Assembly: GCA_965228895.1 (NCBI GenBank)
Contig: OZ245842.1
Coordinates: forward strand, 4,416,001-4,480,000
Direction of reading: 5' to 3'
Length of the DNA: 64,000 nucleotides
Source: Alphaproteobacteria bacterium
GTDB taxonomy: Bacteria > Pseudomonadota > Alphaproteobacteria > SP197
Below the pieces are notes generated by a model. The model did no database searches. It worked only from the letters and a program-made list of their open reading frames with translations, and had not been told where the DNA came from. This document shows, piece by piece, positions 57,464 through 64,000 of this stretch; positions within the stretch are counted from its first letter, which is position 1; every line of letters begins with the position of its first letter. A program made the translations under genes and the position numbers.

Positions 57464-58993
57464 CTAGTCGACCAGAAGCGTGTCGTAGAACGGCCGCGCT
57501 GAATCCGTCTCGACCAGACGGCCCCGTTCGATCACGAAGAAACGGTTGGCGACATCGTCGACGAAACGCCGGTCGTGGCTGACCATGACGGCGGTCAGGT
57601 CGCGGGTCAGGATCTCGTCTTCCAGGCGCTCGCGCCCGTCGATATCCAGATGGTTGGTCGGCTCATCCAAGATCAACATGTTTGGCCGTTCGAACTTAAG
57701 GAGCAGAAACAGCAGGCGCGCGCGTTCGCCGCCGCTCAGGCTTTTGATCGCCCGGTCGTGCTCGACAAACGGAAACCCGGCGCGCACCAGTTCGGCGCGC
57801 ACGCGCGTATCGGCGACCGAGAATGTGCGCGCGAAGAACGCGAACATCGCCTGGTTGTCCGGCAGGCGCGAGAGGTCCTGATCGAAATAGCCGGCCTCGA
57901 CCTGCGGATTGAAATAAACCGGCGCGGTCTCGGCGATCCGGTCGCCGTGATCGGCGTATTCGGCCAACAGATGGCGCAGGAAGGTCGACTTGCCGGAACC
58001 GTTGATGCCCAGGATCACCGCGCGGTCGCCGCGCGCCAGCGCCAGGCGATCGATCGCGAAAAGTTCGCTGCCGTCCGGCGCATCGATCGTCAGGTTGTTA
58101 CAGCGCAGCAGGATGTTCGACTGTACCTGGCCGTCGGCGAGTTCCAGGTTGCGTCTGTCGTCGGCGGCGACCGCGGTCATCGTGTCCTTCAGCTTGTCGA
58201 TGCGCTTTTCCATGCTGCGCGCGCGCCGGGAGAACTTCTCGTTGTCGAAGACCTTACCCCAGGTCGCCAACCGCTTGGCGCTCCGTTCCAGCCGCTTGAC
58301 CTCCGCCTCCTCGGCCTCGCGCGCCCGCGCAGCGGCCAGGTCGTGCTCGGTCAAAAGCCGGCGTGCCTCTGTATAGGGTGCGGCGAAGTCATGGAGCTTG
58401 GTGTCGCGCAAAAAGAGCGTCCGCCGGGTCACCCAGTCCAGCACCTCACGGTCATGGCTGACCACGATCAGGCCGCCGCGCACCTCGTCCGCCAGCCAGC
58501 GTTCGAGATGCAGGATCTTGGCGAGGTCCAGATGGTTGGTCGGTTCGTCGAGCAGCAACAGGTCGGGCTCGTTGATCGCGGCGCGCGCGATCAGCGCCAG
58601 CCTCTGCCAGCCGCCGCTGAGCGCACCGAGCGCGCGGTCATGGAACTCATGAGGAAAGCCAAGCCCGCTCATGATGACGTCGACGCGCCACGCCTCGTCG
58701 TCCTGAAGTGTCGCCGGCAGCGCAGCCAGCACCGCGTCGCGCAATGTTACGTCTGTCAGGCTTTCGGGCAGCTCCTGCTCGGCATAACCGATGGTGAGCC
58801 CGCGTTTGAACGCCAGTTTGCCGCTATCGGCCTCGTGTTCGCCGGCCAGGACCCTTAGGAGTGTGGATTTTCCGCTGCCGTTGGCGCCGACCAAGCCCAC
58901 GCGGTCGCCATCGCCGATCGAAAAACCGGCGTTCCGAAGCACGGTCGTCGCACCATGGGCGACGCCGAGATCAGAGGCGATGACAAGCGACAT
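57464..58993 (-). CDS. ABC-F family ATP-binding protein
   Basis: Two ABC domains (GANGSGKST/LSGGW/LLLDEPTNHLD and GINGSGKST/LSGGE/LILDEPTNHLD) joined by a helical linker. No TM segments. Confidence 0.93.
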   Translation of the reverse strand: MSLVIASDLGVAHGATTVLRNAGFSIGDGDRVGLVGANGSGKSTLLRVLAGEHEADSGKLAFKRGLTIGYAEQELPESLTDVTLRDAVLAALPATLQDDEAWRVDVIMSGLGFPHEFHDRALGALSGGWQRLALIARAAINEPDLLLLDEPTNHLDLAKILHLERWLADEVRGGLIVVSHDREVLDWVTRRTLFLRDTKLHDFAAPYTEARRLLTEHDLAAARAREAEEAEVKRLERSAKRLATWGKVFDNEKFSRRARSMEKRIDKLKDTMTAVAADDRRNLELADGQVQSNILLRCNNLTIDAPDGSELFAIDRLALARGDRAVILGINGSGKSTFLRHLLAEYADHGDRIAETAPVYFNPQVEAGYFDQDLSRLPDNQAMFAFFARTFSVADTRVRAELVRAGFPFVEHDRAIKSLSGGERARLLFLLLKFERPNMLILDEPTNHLDIDGRERLEDEILTRDLTAVMVSHDRRFVDDVANRFFVIERGRLVETDSARPFYDTLLVD

Positions 58994-59180
58994 CTCACGT
59001 GGGTCTGAGCCCCGGTTCAAATCAAGAGGGCGGCCCTTTTACTGTGAGACGCGCGCAACGTCGACCCCGGAACGTGAAAAAGTCGCCCCGGGGCGATGAC
59101 GAGGGCCATGACCGTGGCGATGGCAACCCATCCACACTACATTAACCAAGACCGCTCGGACGAACGATGGAGGCTCCACC

Positions 59181-59954
59181 ATGCTTGCTGTGATTTCACC
59201 CGCCAAGGCGCTTGATTTCGAACGGCCGACCAACGGTCTGGACAAGAGCGAGCCGCTCTTTATCGACGACACGAGAAAACTCGCGAAGACCGCGCGGCAG
59301 CTCTCCAGGCGCAAGCTCTCCCAGATGATGGATATCAGCGCCGATCTGGCCGACCTCAACTGGCGCCGCTTCCAGGCCTTCGAGGCGGAGCCCCAGCCGG
59401 AAGCCGTCAAGCCCGCCGCGCTCGCCTTCAACGGCGACACTTATCGCGGTCTGGACGCACCGACGCTGAGCCACGACGACATGGACTACGCCCAGGACCA
59501 CCTGCGCATCCTATCCGGCCTCTATGGCCTCCTGCGCCCGCTCGACGTCATTCAGCCCTATCGTTTGGAGATGGGCGTAAAAATCCACACGCGCCGCGGC
59601 GAGACACTCTATGACTTCTGGGGCGATCGGATCAGCAAGGCGCTCAACAAGGCGAGCGAGGACCATGACGACCGCACGCTGATCAACCTGGCCTCGGCCG
59701 AATACTTCAAGGCGGTCAAGCCGAAGAAACTGGCCGGTCCGGTGCTGACCATGGCGTTCAAGGAAGAAAGCGGCGGCATGACAAAGATGATCGGTTTCCT
59801 CGCCAAACAGGCGCGCGGATCAATGGCCCGCTACATGGTACAGAACCGCATCGACCGGCCCGAAGGCCTCAAGGATTTCGACGGCGGCGGTTACCGCTAT
59901 CAGCCCGCCATGTCGTCAGACAAGGAATGGGTTTTCACCCGGCCGGCGGCCTGA
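59181..59954 (+). CDS. yaaA: Peroxide stress protein YaaA
   Basis: ISPAK.LDF, AFNGDTY.GLDA, LRILSGLYGLLRPLD.IQPYRLEMG, INLAS.EYFK, AKQARG.MARY. Confidence 0.96.
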   Translation: MLAVISPAKALDFERPTNGLDKSEPLFIDDTRKLAKTARQLSRRKLSQMMDISADLADLNWRRFQAFEAEPQPEAVKPAALAFNGDTYRGLDAPTLSHDDMDYAQDHLRILSGLYGLLRPLDVIQPYRLEMGVKIHTRRGETLYDFWGDRISKALNKASEDHDDRTLINLASAEYFKAVKPKKLAGPVLTMAFKEESGGMTKMIGFLAKQARGSMARYMVQNRIDRPEGLKDFDGGGYRYQPAMSSDKEWVFTRPAA

Positions 59955-59967
59955 GGAGAGATAGCCG

Positions 59968-60249
59968 ATGGTAAGGATTGTCGTGACGTCCGAGGTTGAA
60001 GACTAGGCGGCCTGGGAAAAGGCCTTCACGACCCACGGCCCGCTGCTGAAAAAGCAGGGTGTCATCAGTCCGTGCGGCTACGGCTATGCGACCGAGGGCA
60101 ACAAAGTCTCGCTTTGCTTCGAGGTCGACGACGTCGACGCCTTGAAAGAGGCGTTGAAGGACCAGTCTGCCCTCAACGCGATGGCCGAAGACGGCGTCAT
60201 ACCCGGCACCTACTCGCTGTTCGTGATCGACAAGAACCTCGACTTCTAG
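59968..60249 (+). pseudogene. 93-codon gene interrupted by an in-frame TAG at codon 13 (dimeric alpha/beta-barrel-like protein)
   Basis: RBS GAGGAG. MVRIVVTSEVED*AAWEKAFTTHG...AMAEDGV...LFVIDKNLDF with TAG at 60004-60006. Host-like codons continue after the stop. Confidence 0.75.
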
Positions 60250-60345
60250 TCGCAATCTTCGAAGCACGTCGCGACGACACGATAGACGCGCAAAGACACC
60301 CTCTATAGATCCTTGTTAGCCTTGTGCCGGACAAGGAGGTCGGAC

Positions 60346-60639
60346 ATGGCTACTTACATTCTGCTCGCCAACTGGACGGAGGCGGGTTTTCGCGAGATCA
60401 AGGATTCACCGGACCGTCTCGACGGGTTCAAGGCGGCGTGTCGGGAACACGGCGGCGAGATCCTCGGCTACTACATGACGATGGGCCCGTACGACATGGT
60501 CATCATTGTCGACGCGCCGGATGACGAGACGATCGCACTACTGGCGCTGGCCGGTGGCGCCCAAGGGCGGACGCGGACGTTGACGCTCAAGGCGTTCAAC
60601 GAGGACGAATACCGCAAGCTTGTGAGCGCGCTTCCTTAA
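60346..60639 (+). CDS. GYD domain protein
   Basis: YILLANWTE.G...IK.SP.R, Y.TMGPYD, EAPD-like DAPDD, T.TLKAF. RBS AGGAGG. Confidence 0.92.
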   Translation: MATYILLANWTEAGFREIKDSPDRLDGFKAACREHGGEILGYYMTMGPYDMVIIVDAPDDETIALLALAGGAQGRTRTLTLKAFNEDEYRKLVSALP

Positions 60640-60647
60640 CAGAGCGA

Positions 60648-60677
60648 TTTCCTCTCCCCCGGAGGGGAGAGGAAAAA
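60648..60677. terminator. Intrinsic terminator between convergent genes
   Basis: TTTCCTCTCCCC-CGGA-GGGGAGAGGAAA stem-loop between the GYD and PotD-like genes. Confidence 0.7.
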
Positions 60678-60697
60678 CGTCATGCTGATACCTGTGC

Positions 60698-61819
60698 CTA
60701 GGCGCCGGCGCGCAGTTCGTCGACCATGTTGAGGTACTTTTCGCGCCACGGTGATTCGATTGTCTCGAAGTAGACGCCGGTCGCCAGCGCCTCCTCCGGA
60801 TTGGCAATGCCGATACCTGCCAGCATTTCCTGATCGACCAGTTCGAAGGACTTGCGGTTGGCGGCGCCGAAGCCATAGGTGTTCAAGAGCGCGACGCCGG
60901 CCTCGACCGAGATCACCGCGTCCATGAAGTCATAGGCCATCTGTTCGTCGCCGGCACTGCCCTCGACCAGACAGTAGCCGTCGGTCCAGGTCAGGATGCC
61001 CTCGACCGGCACCATGTAGCCCGTCGGCACGCCGTGGTTGGCGAGCGCGGCGGCCGTCGAGTTCCAGCCATAGGCGGCGACCACCTCGCCCGACGCCATG
61101 GCCTGGGCGACATCGGTCTCGCTTTGCCAGTAGTAACGCAGCAAGGGGCGCTGTTTGACCAGGAACTCCTTGACCTCGGCAATCTCCTCGTCGGTCATGG
61201 CGAACGGGTTCTCGATGCCGAGCACCAAGGCGGCGGGAATGACGATCGAATCCATCTGGTCGTTGGTCGCCAGCCGGCCGGCATAGCGCTCGTCCCACAG
61301 GATCTTCCAGGTGTTGTTCTCGATGTATTCGGGATCGACGAGGTCGGGCCGGTAGACGACGGACGACGTGCCCCAGTCCCACGGCACGTACCAGGTTTGG
61401 TCGCCGAACACGGTGCCGTCGACGGTCTTCAAACCCTCCAGCATGTCCGGCCAATTGGACAGGCGCGAGGTATCGATCGGCTTGATGATGCCGGCGTCGT
61501 GGAACTTCTTGACCAGCGGGTTCGACGGGCAGACGAGATCGGGGCGAAAGCCCGCGTTGACCTTCTGGAAGGCCTCGTCGTTGTCGGCGTAGAAGCTGAA
61601 ATCGGGATCGGTGCCGTACTTCTCCGTGTAGGCCTCATAGAACTCGGGCAGCTCATAACCGCTCCACGTGAAGACGGAGAGATTGGCCGCCGCAGAGGCC
61701 GGCCGGCGCAGGACCGGCATGGAGACCGACGCCAAACCGACCGCCGACATGGCGGTCATGATGTCGCGCCGGCTCAGCTTGCCGTCGGTCAGGTCACGCA
61801 GAAATTGCTTGGTGTCCAT
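60698..61819 (-). CDS. Polyamine-type (PotD/PotF) ABC substrate-binding protein, Tat-exported
   Basis: LSRRDIM Tat motif, FTWSGY, PIDTSRLSNW, VPW.WG, W..LWD, EG.LTW.DG. No permease or ATPase genes adjacent. Confidence 0.92.
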   Translation of the reverse strand: MDTKQFLRDLTDGKLSRRDIMTAMSAVGLASVSMPVLRRPASAAANLSVFTWSGYELPEFYEAYTEKYGTDPDFSFYADNDEAFQKVNAGFRPDLVCPSNPLVKKFHDAGIIKPIDTSRLSNWPDMLEGLKTVDGTVFGDQTWYVPWDWGTSSVVYRPDLVDPEYIENNTWKILWDERYAGRLATNDQMDSIVIPAALVLGIENPFAMTDEEIAEVKEFLVKQRPLLRYYWQSETDVAQAMASGEVVAAYGWNSTAAALANHGVPTGYMVPVEGILTWTDGYCLVEGSAGDEQMAYDFMDAVISVEAGVALLNTYGFGAANRKSFELVDQEMLAGIGIANPEEALATGVYFETIESPWREKYLNMVDELRAGA

Positions 61820-61923
61820 GGGCGGGGTCCCCCTGCTTATTGAAGAAGTCAGTTAGACTAACAAGTTGGGGTGACACCGCAAACCACACGTTTCGGTGAC
61901 CCCGGTCACCATGGCGCGCGGCC

Positions 61924-62763
61924 TCAGTTCAGGCCGTGATCCGCCAGGAGATCGGGCCAAACGTCGACCCAGCAGCAGTTATGGGCCATGCCGTCAACGA
62001 CGACGATCTCCGTTTGGGCGTCATCCGGCATGCGCGCGAGGTAGGCTTCGGCGACAAGCGCCGGCACATTGGTGTCGTTGGCGCCGACGAAGTGGACCTG
62101 GGGCACCCGCGCGAGGTCGACGGCAACATCGGCGGCGTTCAAGGAATCCCTTAGGTGGGAGATGCCGTGAAACGAGGTCCACGTCTCGTGGTCCAGATTG
62201 GCCGCGACGGTGACGATCTGCGCGACATCATCGCGGTCGGCGGCGACAAGGGCAGCAATCACGCCGCCGCCGGAATAGCCGAACAAGCGGACCTGCCGGG
62301 TTTTGGTCCTCCTGACGAAGCCATCGATCATCAGGTCGATCGATGCCACGACCTCCGGCGCGTAACGCGCCATGAACCAGTAGTCCGGCGAACAGGCGGC
62401 GAGCGACTCGGCATCCAGAAACTGGCAGGGCCGCGCGATATACACGCGGTTGGGTGACGGATCGCGCACCGCCAGTTCGAACGTGCGCGGCACGCGCGGC
62501 GTCGGATCGGCGGGCGGTTGGGTCGGCGACGGCCATGCGGCGCCATCGCCGCCGATATAGACCGCAAGCGTCGGGTCCGTGGGATCACCGATCAGGCTAT
62601 AGGCGGTCAGCAAAAAGTCGCCGGCCTGCATCTGATGGTACTGCCAGCCATGGGTCTCGGCGAGCCGTGTTGCGGCGGTCCGTCCGTCATCGTCGGTCTC
62701 GGAGCATGACGGCGCGGCGAGCGCCAGGCAGACAAAAACAAGTTGTGCAAACAGACGGTTCAG
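61924..62763 (-). CDS. Alpha/beta hydrolase, probable lipoprotein; proposed CTG start
   Basis: DG.AW, SPNRVYIARPCQF, GYSGG, VAANLD, H.CCW. The frame stays open 44 codons above ATG 62631 with a signal-like LNRLFAQLVFVCLALAAPSC. The CTG overlaps the upstream TGA. Start uncertain. Confidence 0.8.
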   Translation of the reverse strand: MNRLFAQLVFVCLALAAPSCSETDDDGRTAATRLAETHGWQYHQMQAGDFLLTAYSLIGDPTDPTLAVYIGGDGAAWPSPTQPPADPTPRVPRTFELAVRDPSPNRVYIARPCQFLDAESLAACSPDYWFMARYAPEVVASIDLMIDGFVRRTKTRQVRLFGYSGGGVIAALVAADRDDVAQIVTVAANLDHETWTSFHGISHLRDSLNAADVAVDLARVPQVHFVGANDTNVPALVAEAYLARMPDDAQTEIVVVDGMAHNCCWVDVWPDLLADHGLN

Positions 62764-63695
62764 GATGCGCCCCGGGGCGGCACCACGCCGGTCGTCTCAA
62801 CGATCAGGCTGTAGTGCTCGGGCCGGCGATGGGCGGCGAAGTTGAAGACGCTGCTCTTGAGATAGTTGCCGGCGTCGAGATCGCAGTCAGTGACAATCAA
62901 CTCATCCTCCAGCGTCACCGCCTGGGCGGCGATCTCGCCGTTGGGCGAGACAATGGCGCTGCCGCCCATCAGATCGAAACCGTCCTCGCGACCCGCCTTG
63001 GCGATACAGGCGACCCAGGTGGCGTTCTGATAGGCGCCCGCCAGCATGGAGAGCGTGTTGTGATAGGCGCGCAGATGCGGTGGCTCGAAGACCTGGCCGT
63101 TCAGCGTCGGCGTGTTGTAGCCGATCATCACCAGCTCGACGCCCTGCAGGCCCAGCGCGCGGAAGGCTTCGGGCCAGCGGCGGTCGTTGCAGATCAGCAT
63201 GCCGAGCTTGCCGCCCATGACCTCCCAGACCGGGAAACCGAGATCACCAACCTCGAAGTAGCGTTTCTCCAGATGCTGGAAGTCACGATCGGCCTCGTAT
63301 TCCGCGTGTCCGGGCAGATGGATCTTGCGATACTTGGCGACGATCTCGCCCGCCTTATCGACCAGGATCGCCGTGTTGAACCGATGCTCACCGGCGATCT
63401 CCGCGTAACCCAAATGAAAGCCGATGCCGAGCTCCTTCGCCGTATCGAACAGTGGCTGGACATCGGCATTCGGCATGGTCGCTTCAAAGTTGGCATCGAT
63501 CTCGGCCGGGTCTTCGATCAGCCAGCGCGGAAAGAAGGTCGTCAACGCAAGCTCGGGGTAGACCACGAGGTCGCAACCGCGTCCCGCCGCCTGGCGCATC
63601 AGGTCGACCAGCCGCGCGACGGCGGAGGCTTTCGTCTCCGCGCGCTGGATCGGCCCAAGCTGCGCGCCGCCGACCGTCAGTACCCTGGATGCCAT
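62760..63695 (-). CDS. N-carbamoyl-D-amino acid hydrolase (nitrilase family)
   Basis: AQLGPI, PELALTTFFPRW, YRKIHLPGH, FQHLEKRYF, ICNDRRWPE (Glu-Lys-Cys triad), GYNTP, FAAHRRPEHY. Confidence 0.94.
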   Translation of the reverse strand: MASRVLTVGGAQLGPIQRAETKASAVARLVDLMRQAAGRGCDLVVYPELALTTFFPRWLIEDPAEIDANFEATMPNADVQPLFDTAKELGIGFHLGYAEIAGEHRFNTAILVDKAGEIVAKYRKIHLPGHAEYEADRDFQHLEKRYFEVGDLGFPVWEVMGGKLGMLICNDRRWPEAFRALGLQGVELVMIGYNTPTLNGQVFEPPHLRAYHNTLSMLAGAYQNATWVACIAKAGREDGFDLMGGSAIVSPNGEIAAQAVTLEDELIVTDCDLDAGNYLKSSVFNFAAHRRPEHYSLIVETTGVVPPRGAS

Positions 63696-63707
63696 ACGAT
63701 CGTCTCC

Positions 63708-64000
63708 TTACTGACGCGCCGCCTGCACGGCGCCGATTGCCAATGATGTCGCGGCCTGGGTCGGGTCGATGACCGGGATGCCGAGGTCACGCTCCAAGTC
63801 CGCGCGATACTGCGCCATGCCGGCACAGCCCATGACCAGGACGTCGCAGCCATAGTCGTCGCGCAGTTCGCTGCCGACTTCTGTCATGCGTCCGCGAACC
63901 TTGTCGCTCTGGTGAAGCTCCGTTACGCCAAGCTCGATGGCGATATCGCCACCCAACCGGTCGAGCAGACCGAGCGACGCGATCTGGCGGCGGTGGCGCG
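63708..64000 (-). CDS. Hydantoin racemase / Asp-Glu racemase family (partial, 3' end)
   Basis: GCDVLVMGCAGMA...LGIPVIDPTQAA. The frame runs off the window end. Confidence 0.85.
   Translation of the reverse strand, partial: RHRRQIASLGLLDRLGGDIAIELGVTELHQSDKVRGRMTEVGSELRDDYGCDVLVMGCAGMAQYRADLERDLGIPVIDPTQAATSLAIGAVQAARQ

Noticed and set aside
60004-60006. TAG as pyrrolysine
   Set aside because: No pyl genes are in the window, the protein is not a methylamine methyltransferase, and many genes here use TAG as a normal stop.
61852-61862. Palindrome GTTAGACTAAC upstream of the PotD-like gene
   Set aside because: Too short to distinguish from chance, and no cognate regulator is nearby.

Overview
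High-GC (roughly 65-70% by eye) bacterial chromosomal region, most likely alphaproteobacterial (inferred from gene content, ribH2 with an FMN riboswitch, and TAGAGC...GCTCTA palindromic repeats). It holds about 70 densely packed CDSs, mostly for scavenging organic N/S compounds: three Rieske oxygenase alpha subunits with a bridging Glu, a GcvT/DmdA-like demethylase, two PuuB/OrdL-like FAD oxidases, hydantoinase A/B, a D-carbamoylase, a hydantoin racemase, MetY-like and homocysteine methyltransferase enzymes, and MFS/DMT/ABC transporters. It also has an AOR-type aldehyde oxidoreductase operon, prfC and yaaA. I saw no rRNA, tRNA, CRISPR array, transposase or integrase. Best candidates for new biology: (1) a heat-shock-type (RpoH-like) promoter and operator ahead of an RHH-like regulator, PspA, YqiJ and flotillin, followed by a tandem array of five diverged 72-82 aa two-helix membrane proteins that all carry G-x6-G in both helices, then DUF1835; (2) a low-GC two-gene islet (DUF2188 plus an NDT/TIR-like protein) that may be a conflict or defence module; (3) a DUF3047 / di-iron ferritin-like / GT2 / Tat-DUF547 operon; (4) a four-copy double-hairpin repeat with compensatory base changes; (5) two dispersed paralogues of an unrecognised ~89-aa protein. 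All family calls come from reading motifs by eye; no database searches were run.
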